Below are positions 1 to 13,964 of a stretch of DNA of 64,000 nt, in pieces. Source of the DNA: Cycas panzhihuaensis (taxonomy: Eukaryota > Plantae > Cycadophyta); NCBI GenBank assembly GCA_023213395.1, contig CM041465.1:92635741-92699740 (forward strand), given 5' to 3'. Each line of letters opens with the position of its first letter. Positions within the stretch are counted from its first letter, which is position 1. Under the pieces are notes generated by a model, which worked only from the letters and a program-made list of their open reading frames with translations, searched no databases and had not been told where the DNA came from. A program made the position numbers and the translations under genes.

Positions 1-3000
1 ATGTAAATTCTTCATCAACACAAGGGCTTTGGGCACAATGGGCTTCAGAATATGTAGAGCCATTCAATCGAAAGGGTTTGCTAGAGAGATGTCTAGTCAA
101 AACCACCTGATTAATTGGAGGCTGAATGACCTGGAGAGTCTGGTCATTTATGGTTACACTCAAATCAAATCCATGAGAGACAAGTGTGGATAAAGAGAGT
201 AGGTTTTATTTGAGATTGGGTATGTAGAAGATATCAAGCAATGTAAAATCTTCTAAGCCTAGGAGTTTTAGGGGAATGTTATCAATTCCTTCAACAAGTT
301 GTGATTTATTAGCCATGTGAATATCTCCTTGAACATTTGAGTCAAATGTCTAATATAGACTACGATTGCACGTCATATGTTGAGTTGCTCCTATGTCCAT
401 GATCCACTGTCCTTCGATTGAAGCCATACTATTAGCAATTCCAATAGGCCTTGGCATTGGTGAAGGGAATTCATAAGTGATATATCCACATCAAGCTTCA
501 AAGTATCTCTTTGGTTAGTTAATAACATTTGATATTGAAGATCCCTTAATTCTTTGAAAGTGTGCTTATATAAAGCCTACACCACTAAAGGATTCTTCAC
601 AAGTTTCTTCAACATTGTGAGCTCCATGTTTTGGTTGGAACTTAGCCAACTTATAAGTGGCGGTTCTGCAGTCTTTTGCTAAGTGTCTTTTACGGTTACA
701 CCAATTACACATAATAGTTTAATTACTAGTCCATGAAGAGGTACTAGTTTGGCCTGACTATCTTGCTCTTTGTTGAGGTGGCCTTTGGCCTTGAGGCTGT
801 CGAGGCTGTGATTAAGGGTTTGCTTGACCTTGTGGATGATTTTCCATGTTTCTTCCTCTTCCTCTTGCTCAGTTATTTCCTCTACCATAAGAGGGACCTT
901 GATTTCTTATGTAACAAACTTCTTCTTCTACCTCAAAGGCTACATCTGGAAGAGAGTCAGGGGTTACAAAGTTTGTGTCAAAGGTCTTGTAAAATTCAAT
1001 GAACTTATCAACAAGTGCTTCGAAGTTGAGCGTCTTCAATGTTCCATTAGATTGAAGACTTCCATGCAAGTTTGCATAATCAGGAACATGTAGACATGAC
1101 TGGATCAAGAATGCCCAAGTGATATATTAGGTCTTAAAATATTTAACAATTACCTGTTTGATTAGTCAAAGGAGATTTATTATCTCATGAGCTTGTCCAT
1201 TCTGCATTTTTAATTTATTTATTTTTAGAACAAGATGAACAAATTCTAAATCTGATTCGGTATCAAAGTTCTTCTTGAGAACTTCAAGGACCTTCAAGGC
1301 TATATCATGTTGCTCTTCATTAATCAAGTTATACAAGGAGTGATCAGTGACCAACAAAATTTCTGCACAAATCTTTTCATCATCTATCTCCCGTTGTAGT
1401 TTGGCTGTAGCATCTGTAGGAGCTATTGGGGCAGATCCACTGAAAGCATGTGTTGTAGCTATTACTGGTATGTTAGGCGTAGGCTACAAGTGGGCTCTCC
1501 AAAGACCTTCATACTTTATAGTATTTTTAACTCCAGTGTACCATAAATCCCAATTTTCTTTGCCTTTCAATATGCAATTGATATTCTACTTGAATTGAGA
1601 TAACATGGTAATGATGAAGAAGTAGAAGTGATGATAGAAGTATGTGTCACTAACACATGTGGCTAGTATAGTTGGTACAATAGAGATATAGAAATGCACA
1701 CTTATGATGAGAAGCAAGCAATGATTAAGTATTTTTTAACAACTATAAAAAATAAGTATAAGCAATGATACAAGAATAAGGCCTAATGTAGAGCTAGCAA
1801 AAAGTGGTGATGTGTCATACCGCTAACCTCTTACTTATATCCATATGTAGGTGAGGTTTCGATGCCTAAGGCTTCTAGTATACGATTAGGGCCTTCACCT
1901 ATGCTTGGTATTGAAATCCAAGTCACAGTGGAGCCCAGGTACTCTTAGTCCTCACATGGTTTACTAGTGAGCAGTTATATACCTCCTTCGAAGAGTCAAA
2001 CGGTACTGCGTATCCTACGACTATGACGGATATTGAACCAGGTTAATTTTAATCTTGCATTAAAGTTTTTAGTTTTCCTGGGTGGTTATCAAGATTATCC
2101 CTACTTGGAGGCTGTAGGTATGGATAACCTGTCCCTCTACCACTATACCAATTAAGAATAGACCTAGTATGAAACTCACATCTCCCTTAGGTCCTGCACT
2201 TTGGCCAACCTTGGTCTATTTCAACTAAGGCAAGTGTGCGCACAAGTCAAGAACTGGTAGTATAGATCGTACTGATGAGATTCCTTTTATGAATAGTGTA
2301 AGATGTTTCCGTATAACTAAAAATTGAAATGGAAAGTTACCAAATGTGTTTGCTTACTTTTCATGCTTGCTTTGTTATTGTTGCTATTCTATGTAATGCT
2401 TTATGCTATGTGTACAAATAGAAAAAGCATGCTAGATTTAGCAAGGGAACTAGATGTTACTTTCAATCCAACGTTTCCCTTGCTTTAGTACAATGTTTCT
2501 AAATATATTTTTGGAAGTTTTGATATGAAAGACATAATTGGTTAAAATGTGGATCAACTTTCTAGTAAAATGTTAATTTTTCTAAATCTATATACATGCT
2601 ATTTTGCCATATTTTGTGATTTTTTTACAAATTTTGTAAATAATAATAAATGGATATAATTTTTAAAAATTACAAATATGAAGGCTTAAATGATGAAATA
2701 TAAATTTATGACAGAAGGAAAAAGTATTCAGAATATCGTTTTTGATAGGGTTGTGAAGTCATATTTCTAAAAAGACACAAAAAATTTTCTGCCAAAAAAG
2801 CACAAAAGTAAAGTCCTACCAAGTCCACTATATCATAATCTTAACTTCAATATGTCAAAATTTATGTTTTGACATGTACATCAACTTTCCCTTCTGTATC
2901 ATCTCTAAAATCAGCCAAACAGTTACTCGAAATGTCCTCACAATGTCCTTTATAGGGTTGAGTAGGTAATTTCAGTAATTATGAGAAAACTGCATAGATC

Positions 3001-3852
3001 TCACTAACCAGTGGATGAAATTTGATGTGATTTATCTTAAACTAATCATAAGACATAAATCTACCAGATCCCCTAATAAAACTTTTAGATTTTTAGCTAA
3101 TAATTCAAGGATTTCATTGGGAAAAGTGCCTTAAATCACTTATCCGTAAATTTTACCCTTTTGTGTCAGCCAAAACTTACTGATCCAGGCTGAATATGAA
3201 GTTTCTCTAAAAGACAAAAATGATCCTCTAGCCAAGGCAATCTTATATGCCAAATTTTATCAAAATATGAGATGGTCAAAGTTTTTATGAAAATTTGGGC
3301 CTTTAATGCTTCTAAGACTGTTCTGGTAGCTAAACGACTTCAAAAGCCTATATTCTTCACCTATGAATTTGTTCACACATATAAAAAGTAACAACATACA
3401 AAGTACTATACTTTTAAGCTCTCAAAATGTTAAAAATGATGAATGCACTCTCAATACTTCATATTGAAGGTGAATGAGAGGCAAAATGACTCCATGCAAG
3501 TGGAATGGAGTGAATAGATCCCCTTTTAGCTCTGATACCACATGAAGGAATGATGGATCTAGGGAATAAATCACTCACATGCACACAATGACAATGGAGA
3601 ATGAAAAAGAGATAAAATAAGATATAAGAGCAAGCTTGGAGGTGAGAATGAATAATGACTCCCTCCTTGAGATTTCACATTTTATTAATGAGGGTAAGCA
3701 TTAGAGTTAGAATTTCTCACCTAATGACATAAACATAAAATTACATCTAAATGCACATAAAGTACATTTCATTAGGAGATTAATGCTAACAATATATCTT
3801 AAGGTCACATAATTAATCTACACAAGTGACCTTGATACATTAATCTCTTTCA
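1..3852 (-). mobile_element. Degenerate Ty1/Copia LTR retrotransposon ('element 1'), 5' part (LTR, PBS, leader, gag, protease); runs off the window start
   Basis: Minus strand: gag start near 1606 (MLSQFK*NINCILKGKENWDLW...EGLW), zinc knuckle CNWCNRKRHLAKDC at 668-709, Copia-type protease WIMDIGATQHMT at ~371-406 followed by LLDIFYIPNLK*NLLS. Perfect PBS TGGTATCAGAGC at 3529-3540. Confidence 0.9.
3543..3852 (-). repeat. 5' LTR of element 1 (~310 bp)
   Basis: Lies 2 nt from the PBS; termini TGAAGGA...TCTTTCA form an inverted repeat; LINE ORF1 sequence begins right after 3852. Confidence 0.7.
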
Positions 3853-5061
3853 CTTTGGCTATTTGTTAATAATTTGATTAAACTTGTTAATGATTTTGTC
3901 TATGCAAAACTCCATTTTGATTTCTACCTAAGGTTGAATATTAAACCATGCACCAAAGTTGATCTCATAAAAGATCTTCCTCAGTTTATCCAAGTCCAGG
4001 TCGATTCAACTATTTTAAAGCAAAAGGTGGTTTATCTTAGTGCCCCCAATGCATACTTAAGATATCACTCTCAAGAGCATAAAATTAAATAAAGTCCTTT
4101 GATGCAAGTTATACAGCCTAAGATATCTTTGCATAGAGTGGAAATCTAAGGCCCAATTATTGAACATGCAAATGTGTGGATTTAAGTCTATAGGAAAAAG
4201 GTAGAAAGGAAGAATATGAAGTTGAAACCACAATTGCCATCTATTAAATTACAACCATAAATCTTAGGTAAGGATGGGAAGATTGTTAAGGAAAGTAATG
4301 CTATGGATATTAAGAAAGGAAAGTGTAAAGAAGTAGAGTAGAAATTATATGACCCCTCACCTATTACACCTAAACTAGTATCATTATTTTATATTCCCAA
4401 GTCGTAAAAAGTAAGGAGAAGAACTAAGGAAGATAAGGAAGATAACTCTATCAAAGCCTACTTTGACTTGATAATAAAGAAGCCTAAGTCTTCTAGTAGC
4501 TCACCATGTTCTAATAGGTACATATCATTAGCTCTAAATTGAATTATGAGGGGTATAACATGGGGATGGAAGAATTAGATGATAAGCATTATCAATTAGA
4601 ATGTTAGAGGCATTTATCATTAGTTTAAATGAATGTTAGTGAGAAGATATCATCATGAGTTTCATGGTTTAGATGTCTTTTATTTACAAAAAGTGAAGTG
4701 TATAATAGTGATCTAAAGTTTATAACCTCATATATTTGGAATAAAGTTGAGTCATCTCTACCCATCACTCTGATGAGAGAGGAGGTGTAGTTATGCTAAT
4801 TAAGCCCTTGATTATAAAATGTGTAATTTCTTTTGGTTCAAGCACACTTAATAGGTGTGTTTGATTAATCCTAAGAGTAGAAACCTAATTCTAGGTATTA
4901 TTAATATTTATACTTCTAATTCTCTATGTAAGAAAGCTTCCCCATGATCTTAGCTTAATCTTTACCTACCAGAGACCTATTATGTTTTGTGTGGTGATTT
5001 CAATGTAATTAAAGCTTTGGTTTACAAGGTAGGAGGTTGACTTTTAAAATGGTATCATGAG
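3853..5061 (+). mobile_element. L1-type LINE, 5' piece: ORF1 C-terminus and start of the ORF2 APE endonuclease (pseudogenised)
   Basis: VDLIKDLPQFIQVQ...QKVVYLSAPNAYLRYHSQEHKIK*SP is a decayed L1 ORF1 zinc-knuckle region with Cys>Tyr changes. Endonuclease motifs SIIN*NVRG (~4585), LDVFYLQKVK, GGVVML, INIYTSN and LCGDFN (~4990). Confidence 0.85.
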
Positions 5062-6911
5062 TGGAGCAAGCTTGAGAGCCCAAGCCTAGGATAAAGTAGC
5101 TAATAAATAATTCAATATATGAAATAAATATATCATATCTTAACTTCTTATCCATTCCATTTTTATAGGCTCATTACTCTTAAGCTAACTTAGTTTTATT
5201 TAAGGTGTATTACAAATGGGTTTATTAAACTAACTTGTTTTTATTTAAGGTGCATTATAATTCCCCCTTTCTTATAATACTTCATCCTCGAAGTAATTGT
5301 TTTATAATATTGGATATGTTTGTAATATATTTGGTACTTCTTAAGTTGCATCTTCAATTGATAATTGATGCTATTTGATTGGTATTTTTTGATGGTGCTC
5401 CTCTATATTAAATTTTGTCATGTTTGGATCATTGATTCATGTTTGAGAACTAATTTTCCTTCATCATCTAGTATTGGTATTTCTATTTGAATTGGTGTAT
5501 GTTCTCCTAATTTATTTTTTAGGAATGAGACGTGAAATATGTTTTGTATACTAGTAGATGTTGGAAGTTCGAAGGCACATGTCACTTTCCCAATCCTCTT
5601 CTAAACTTAGCACAAACCATAAAACCTGGGGCTAAGCTTTTCCCTTTAAGCTATTTTAAAGGAGGCTTATTTAGAAGGTTATAGATGGATGTATACCCAA
5701 TTGCCTACCTTAAATTCCTTCTTAGTTCAATGTTTATTTTCTTGTTATTTCATTTTATTTTATGCAATTATTAAATGTTCTATTAGAATTTGTAGAATAT
5801 CTTAGGTGTCTTGTAAATAATCCCTTACTTCCACTGCTTAAAAGTCCTTAAGTGCCCATTTATTAGGGGATGTTTGGTCATAATTGTATAGGGCTTTGAA
5901 TATGATTATTTATATGGCTGAGTGGTATGAGGAGTTACACCATGCTTTTACTAGATACAACCATCTAATTCATGTATTTTATTTATTGATGGTATAATTC
6001 CTTGGATAGCCTTCAAATTACTTGTTTACCACTTAAGTCATAAACTTGTACCTTATTATCCCATTTTTGTTGTTTTAAGGACAACTTGTTTTTCTTTAAA
6101 AAGTATTGGAAACTATTATGATTTGTTTTCACTATGAATTTTCTTCCTAGAAGACTTATTACCATTTATATAAAGCATGTATTTCCTTATCATATATTCA
6201 TTAGAACTACTCCCTTGCATTGAGTTTCCTACTTTCAAAGGCTATCAATCTTCCTTCCTATATAAACACTACCCTAATACCTAATCCTGACATATCACAC
6301 TCAAGAATAAAGGGTTCACATAAATTTAGAGATGTAAATATGGGTACGATTCCTATTATTTTCTTCAACTATTGGAAACATTCTTTAGATTTTGTACTCA
6401 ACTATAAGGAGTCCTTTAGGAGGTTTATAAGGGTCATAATTTGTTGAGTATAGTTACTTATGAAGTATAGATAATATCTTAAAAGCCTTGGAAATTCCCT
6501 TAGTTTGGTAGTATTCTTAGGCATATTCCATTCAAGGACTACTTTAATATTTATAGGGTCCACCTTAACTTCTTCATTAGATATAATCTATCTTAGGTGC
6601 TCAACCTCCTTTTTGGTAAAACTATATTTAAAGCATTTTATAAATAAGTAGTTGTCTCATAGTAGGTTTAATAACTTATTGACGTGAGTGATGTGTTCCT
6701 TCTATTCTTTATTATATATTAAAATGTCATCAAAGAAAATGAGTGCAAATTTTAAAACTTCATTCATCATTGCTTTAGAATGTGGTCAAAGGATTTGTAA
6801 GACCAAAAAGAATCACCTTGAACTCATAATGGCCATGATGAGTATGAAATGTTATTTTTGCTTATATGCAATATATGGGTATTAATATCTTAATTATTTA
6901 TCATAGGTAAG

Positions 6912-7135
6912 TGTAATATGTTGTATTAAGTCACATCCATCATAGCATGCTATCCATGTCATATCCATATTTAATGGCCTTTTGTATGTCCTATCATCAT
7001 ATGTATAAGATAGTAAGTATATTCTTTATTAGATTAGAAGCTATCGTGGCTAGCTTGGAAGATAATCAACTCTTGTATGATAAAGCAATTAGATCACATC
7101 AACCCAAAGGTGTTGAGTTTAGTTAGTTTGTTACA
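6912..7135 (+). repeat. Possible solo LTR (~224 bp) inside the RT of the outer Gypsy element
   Basis: TGTAATA...TGTTACA termini, internal TATA-like and poly(A)-signal-like words, interrupts RT-coding sequence; TSD not clean. Confidence 0.4.
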
Positions 7136-7418
7136 CATAAGGGTCATAGTGCCTAAGAAAGCCAAGAAGCTCATTCTAAAAATATTTAATGAGCTAAGTC
7201 CTCCCTCCTTACTATATCTTTAGATTATAATGTTGTTACTATCATAATATATAAGGTTAGTTCTTGAACTTTAATGGCTTATTTTGTATGCCATCCTCCT
7301 CTTAATGTAGTTTTGAGATAATGGGTTTAAGAGTCCTTAAAAGTATTCCTTTAAAAAGTTAGCTCTATTAGAAATCTGTCCAAAGGTTACTTCTCACTTA
7401 TATTTGAATCTCCCAAGG

Positions 7419-10400
7419 TGGGATAATTCTTCTTGAAGGTGCTCCTTGAGATGATGGAAGAACAATAATTCACAACCAATTTATTCTAATCAACAAGGGC
7501 AAATATATTACTAAAGAGTCTCACAAAGCACAAGAGCATCAATTGATCACTAAAGGAAGAATATCAATGTACAATATTTTACAAGAGTAATATCAACCTA
7601 GCTATCTTTTATAATCCATGACCCTTATATAAACAAAAAAGGGTCCTTTCCAAGCAATCCTATTAGTGTCCTAAGTAGACTTACATTTTATTGGGCATCT
7701 AAGTGGCCTTGCATTCCATTGGATAGCTTATCAACTTGCTAACCTTATCATTTAACCTTATGGTAGCTCTCCACTTATTAGTATTTTACATAACTTAGTA
7801 AGATGAGTTATGTAACATTGCCCCCTCCCTGAGATGTTGAGTCCTCGAGGTATTTGAGGTGTGGATGCTACTTGATAAAATCATTGGATTCCCAAGTTGC
7901 TTCATTTGAGGTGTAGCTGGCCCATTATATTAAATATTCTAAGTTTGATCAATTTCAGAGATAATATTATCTACTAGCCAATATATATTCTAGAGGTATA
8001 GTCAAGGATTACTCTTCATCCAAAACTGGTAGGGTTGTCTGGGGGACAAGGATTTTGTTGATACACTTTTACAAACAAGTAATATGAAAAACATTATAGA
8101 TGTTGAGGGTAAGGAAAAGGTCGATGGTATATACAACTTTACCAATACATTTGAGGACTTTGTAAGGGCCATAATATCAAGGGCTAAGTTTATGGTTCTT
8201 ATGGTGGTAGAGAGATTATTGCTTATAAGGCTATAGACGAAGGAACATAAGATCATCAATATTGAAGGAGTGATCTGATCTATGATAGTCTACTAATTAT
8301 TTCATCTAATTTTGGGTTATAGATAGATTTTGTTTGAGGGTATGGAGGATTTGATCCATTTTGTGTACTATGACTATGTAGAGGTTGGTGGCTAATGTGT
8401 GATGGGAAGGTGGGGGATATCTATAGAGGGATAAAAACAAGGATATTCCAATGGCTAAATGATATGAGGAGTTATACTAGTACTTAGTTAGGGCTAGCCA
8501 TACTATCTATTTAAACTAGTGGTTGGATATAAAACAATATAAATAAGTCTCTAAGGTTTTATTAAGGACCTTTGATTAGCCATCAGTCCATGGATGATCC
8601 CTCGAGCTTATATTAAATGATGTTCTTGAGGCATGAAATAACTCTTGCTAGAAGGAGCTAATGAATTTAGGGCCATGATTACATATGATAGTGGTTGGAA
8701 AGCCATGTAAGTAAAATGTTATTTGGAGATAAATGTCAGTGATACGAGGCATCTTATATGAAGTGTAGATAGGTAGGAAGTAGGCGTATTTTGTCAACCT
8801 ATCAATGACTACTAAATTAGAGTCATACCCAATAGATAATGGGAGTCCCGTGATAAAATCCATTATAATATCTTACCATTTACCTTTTGGGATATATAGA
8901 GATTAAAGGAAACCTAGTTGGGGTTTCGTATCAGCTTTATTGCATTGGCATGTGTCATATTTAGAGATAAATGTGAGGATGATGGATTATATTGTTGGCA
9001 AAAAAAGTTAGATCAGATCTTGCGATAAGTCTTATCAAATCTAGAATGGCCACCTAGTGGGGAGGAATGATATTCTAAAAAAATCTTGGAAATTAAGCTA
9101 AGTAGGGGTGTACAAAGATACTATTTTGGTATAATAAAATATTGTTATGGACCAACCAATACTTGCATGTATGGATCTTATCAGCACATGTAAAATGTCT
9201 AGTTGGGATTGGTTATCTATGGATAAATCTTATATCTATGTTGATTGTAGGAATAAGATAGCGTGAATGGTGGGGTCTTTAGGGTGATGAGTGATGTCAT
9301 TAGGTGTAAGGGAGGGAAGTTAGGAAAGGAAATATACTACAATGTTGTCTTTCTCCTTTTTATATGTGATTATGAAGTCAGAAACTTGAAGGTAGTCAAC
9401 CCATTTGGCTTAATCTTCTAAGAGGACTGGTTAGTCTAGTAGGTGGTGATGGCTATGATGATTGGTGAGGATAGTGAATTTTGAACCAAGTAGATATTAT
9501 CACCATTTTTTAACAACATAAGGGATGGCCCATATTTCTTTTTGATAGGTGGACAACTTACACTCATGTTCCTTGAGTTTTTTACTTTCAAGGACTATGG
9601 GGTGGAACTCTTGCATTAACATTGCACCTAGTCCAAATCTAAAAGCATTATATTCTAGTTGTAATGGGAAAATAAACTCTAGTAAGGCCAAAACTAGAGT
9701 GGTTATCATGACTTCATTAAGATGGAGTAAGGCCTTATTAGCCAAGAGAGACCATTGAAAGGAATCTTTCCTAAGTAGGTTAATTAAAGGGGTGGTTAAG
9801 GTGGCATAATTACGGATGAACTAACAATAAAATTTAGTAAGTCCTAGAAAGGCCCATAATTGGGTAAGAGTTTTGGGGGTCGGTCAACTGGTTATGGCTA
9901 AAATTTATCAGGATCCACCAAAACTCCTATAGATTATATGATGTGACCAAGGTATTACAGTTAGTTTTCCTAAACTCACATTTGGAGAGTTTGGCATATA
10001 ACTTATTCTTAGTTATGATTTAGAGAATAATTTCTAAAAGTGGGATATGAGTAGGTATGTTTGAGCTATATATAAGAATATCGTTGAAGAACATAATGAT
10101 AAATTTATTCATAAGGGCCTAGAAGGTAGCCAAAGTATTACACAAGACAAAGGGCATAACTTAAAACTTAAAGTAGCCATGGTGGGTTTGAAAGATTATT
10201 TTATGTTTGTCCTCCAATAGGATAGGGATCTGGTAATATTTTGATTGTAGATTGAATTTGGTAAAACCACGACACTATGGATCTCATCTAATATGTCATT
10301 AATTTATGGCGTAGGGAACTTATGTTTTATAGTGATTTTGTTTAATGCATGATAATTGACTTAAAGTCAAAAGGAGCTATTCTTATTGTGAACTAGAGCA

Positions 10401-13400
10401 ATGGGTATAACATATAGGGTTTTACTAGGTTGAATGATGCCCATGTCCATTAATTCCTTGGTGATTGTTTTGATTTCATTTTTTTAGAAATATGAGTTTC
10501 TATAAGGCTGAAGACTAATTGAGTTGTGAAAATTTTATAATGCAATGGTGTGATAGTAGCCTTAATCTAATGGGGGGCTAATAAGTAGTGGAGCAAACAC
10601 TGATTGGTATCAATCTAATACTTGTTAGATATTAGGGTGGATACCTAGAGGATCTTAGATATTATTGAGATAGATGATATACCCCACATTACCATTGAGT
10701 TGTCAGCGTATTTGGGTGGCTGAGATTGCTTTGTTAGGGGTGGAACTGTATCCTATAAAGTTTATAGGAGTGGCCCATGTGATCTTTGAACATGATGTAT
10801 GGGGTTATGAGAAAGTTATTGGTGTTATAGATCCCTAGTATCTTGAGTCATTGTACACTAAGAATTGCATCTGACCCACCTATGGACAAGGCATAAAAAT
10901 CATAGATGAGGGTATAGGTGTTAATATAAATAGTGAGGTTTTCAATTGTCCTGGTATAGTGAAGGGTATGATGAACATGTAAGGAGTAGGTAAATACTGT
11001 CCTAGGTCCTATGTAAAGATTTAACTGTCAGGTAATGGATATATCAATGAAATTTAGTAATACACCACCATTGATCAAACTGGTAATTGGTTTTTTTCAA
11101 AGTGTTCCTTTGACCTAGAGTGGTTCAGAATATGAGGTAGAGGTAACAATTAATAAGGAAACTTTAGGGTTGGGATTAGGGGGCAGCTCATAATTAGGTT
11201 GGTCTTAGGATTCATCATCATATTCGAGCTTGGTCTTAGGGTCATCTTTTAGAGATAAGTTAGGATAAATTGTAAACACCATCTTGCTAGCTTAACTGAT
11301 TCTACCATTACTTAAGGTCTACTTTTCAAAGCATTGCATATAAAGGCTAACTTCTTGATAATATTGTGCCCTTGTTGGAGTGATGTGAATGGATTTTAAG
11401 GATGCTTTCTTATCAAGATTCTTAAGAGATGTAGATAGAGGGTCTTCCAGTCGCGAGCATGATCATTGGTAGTCTGTTGGGCACTATCTTTTAGGCCACA
11501 TAGTATCTTGTTAATAATCATCTTGTCGTAATCATTGAAACTAGATGGAATCCCATTTAAATAGAGGAGGCCTTTCTGTGGAAAATTCTACTTTAACTAG
11601 TTTAGCCATATTGATCACATCCTTTAGAGTAAGTAAGAATATTATCTTCAGGCATATTTGGATGCACTCTTTGAGCCTGGACACATATATATCTATCTCT
11701 ACTTATTTATCGAGTTATTGATCAACCTGATTGTGTAAAGATTAAAACTTATCAATGTATACTTCGACAAAGGATACTTACTTTAACTATATCAGTTGGG
11801 TTAAGAAGGATTGGTTCCAAGTATCTTCATATTATTTGAAGAAACTCATAAAGAAGTGGGCCTAAGATTGATTAAAGGGTATTCCCGCTTCTACCATTAG
11901 AACTAATGGTATGCCTTTCCATCTAAATGGATGGAAGCAAATGTAAGCTGATCATTAACTAACATTAAGTTGAGTGAAAAGTAGGACTCTAATTTGCTAA
12001 TCCATCTTTGCACACTGTCTTTGTTGAGGTCAAGATTAAATATGGGGATGTTGGTCTTATAGTGATATAGTTATTACGAATATAGAGGCAAAATCAATAT
12101 TTACTCCAGTGTGGGGCTAACTAAAGTGTAGGGACCTAGTAAAGTAGTGGAGATAAATGATATTTGATGTAGTATCTAGTTCATATTACACTTGGATGTA
12201 AGAGTTAACATGTCTTTTTTAACTTTTGCTACTTCATTTTAGACTTGTTAATGCATAACGACTAGCTCTTACCTAACTTCCTATTGAAAGTTGGTAAACA
12301 TTTTGTTATTATTACTTTGAGGAGCCATGACGAATGGAGAAAGGGTTTAAAGAGGCAGGAATAAATAGAAAGAAAGACAAATATACAAGTGGGAAAGATC
12401 AAGAAATAACATGCTTGAAGAGCTAGGGAGTTGTTATAGGGAAGAGAAAGGGGTAAAGAGGGGGAAGTGGGGTGTCTATAGCTTGTTGACCCTAAAAATT
12501 ACATAAAAAGGATATCTAATCCACTTGAACAAGTGCAAAAAGCTCATCAAAATGGGGTATATGAGATTTAAGATAAGTTTTTAGTGGTAGTACCCATTGG
12601 TGACCTGGGTACAAAGAAGCGTAAAAATTATCTATAAGAACAAACTTAATGCAAAATGACTAGCACAATGTACTGATCAAAATAAATTATATGAATGTTA
12701 ATAGTTCTTTTTTACAATAAACTTGTATCATTAAGTGTGACTAAGTTGAGTTTTTTATTTTTAATCACAAGTCTAATTGTGCCAACGATTTTTGAATTTA
12801 GGCAGTATTTTAAGAGTGACCGCATGTATTTTTCTTCTTCTTCTTCTTCTTCTTCTTCTTTTTTAATACTATGTCTTAAGATCTTAATTAGGAAGTGGAG
12901 CGTGTGATGTAGGATGCAAGTAATATAAGGTATCCTACTAACCAATAGATAAGGTATGCTTAGTTTTGTAGGCCTAGCAATAAACTTCTTATTGACCTAT
13001 AAGGGTCCTTCTATATACCTGAAGGTATGTAAAGGTATAATTTTGCAGCCAAGTTCCATCTAAGGATTGGTTTAGGAGTGTTATATCTGGTCCTTCATGT
13101 AAGGGGCAAAAAATCCATAATACACTTAGCCAGAATGATACATCTCTATGATTTTTATAGCCCCTGATATAGGGTCTCTACCTAGCTATTTGGGTAGCCA
13201 CCATGCAGAGTCATCTACCTAAGAAAGAGGGGTGGGAGGGAGAAAGGGTATCCACTAAGCAGAGTTATCTACCCTTCAACTGAAGACCTAGTACAAAAGT
13301 TTAAATAAATGAATTAAAATGAAAATGAATGCAAGGTAAAAATAAAGTACTAAGTGTTAATTAAGGGAAGAAATTCCCCTTCCCTCATGACTCCTAAGTT

Positions 13401-13964
13401 GTGTTAGCTTTGTCCCTCAATCTTTGTAGAGAGAGTACTAAGAGAAGGTCTTTCCTCGATCTCTATTTAGGTAGAGAGAGTACTCGATTTGGTAGAAAAA
13501 AAAAAAAGATTTTTTTTTATCCATTGAGCAACTTCCCACGATCATGAACATGGCTCTAACACTACTTGGGATAATTCTTTTAGAGGTACTCCTCGATATG
13601 ATAGAAGAACAATAATTTATAACCACTTCATTTTAATTAACAAGAGCAAATAAATTACCAAAGAGTTTAAAAAAGCACAAGAGCATCAACTGATTACCAA
13701 AAGAAGAGTACTAAAGTATAATCTTTTACAAGAGTAATATCAAGCTAGCCATCTTTTATAATCTACAACCCGCATATAAACAAAAGAGGGTCCTTTCCAA
13801 GCAATCTTATTGGTGGCCTAAGTGGCCTTACATTATATTAAACAACTAAGTGGCCTTGCATTCCATTGGCTAACTTATCAACCCACTAACCTTATCACTT
13901 AACTTTATGGTAGCTCTTTGCTTATTAGTGCTTTACATAACTTAGTAAGATGAGTTATGTAACA
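7419..13964 (-). mobile_element. Inner Ty3/Gypsy chromovirus-type LTR retrotransposon (full length, decayed)
   Basis: ~399 bp LTRs at 7419-7817 and 13567-13964 (TG...CA); TSD CAAGG/CAAAG; PPT complement CCCCCTCCCT at 7821; decayed PBS 13552-13566; chromodomain SNEATWE (~7890), integrase MDFITGLP (ORF 8648-8863), RNase H (ORF 9500-9745), RT IMFFNDILIY (~10070-10100), gag ~11600-12050. Confidence 0.92.
12832..12858. repeat. (TTC)9 microsatellite
   Basis: Read directly from the sequence; accounts for the poly-Ser and poly-Glu ORFs at 12695 and 12712. Confidence 0.95.

Noticed and set aside
2272-2335. Hammerhead ribozyme core (CTGATGA)
   Set aside because: No stem II closed by a correctly placed GAAA and no cleavage-site helix could be built; it is also antisense to the element.
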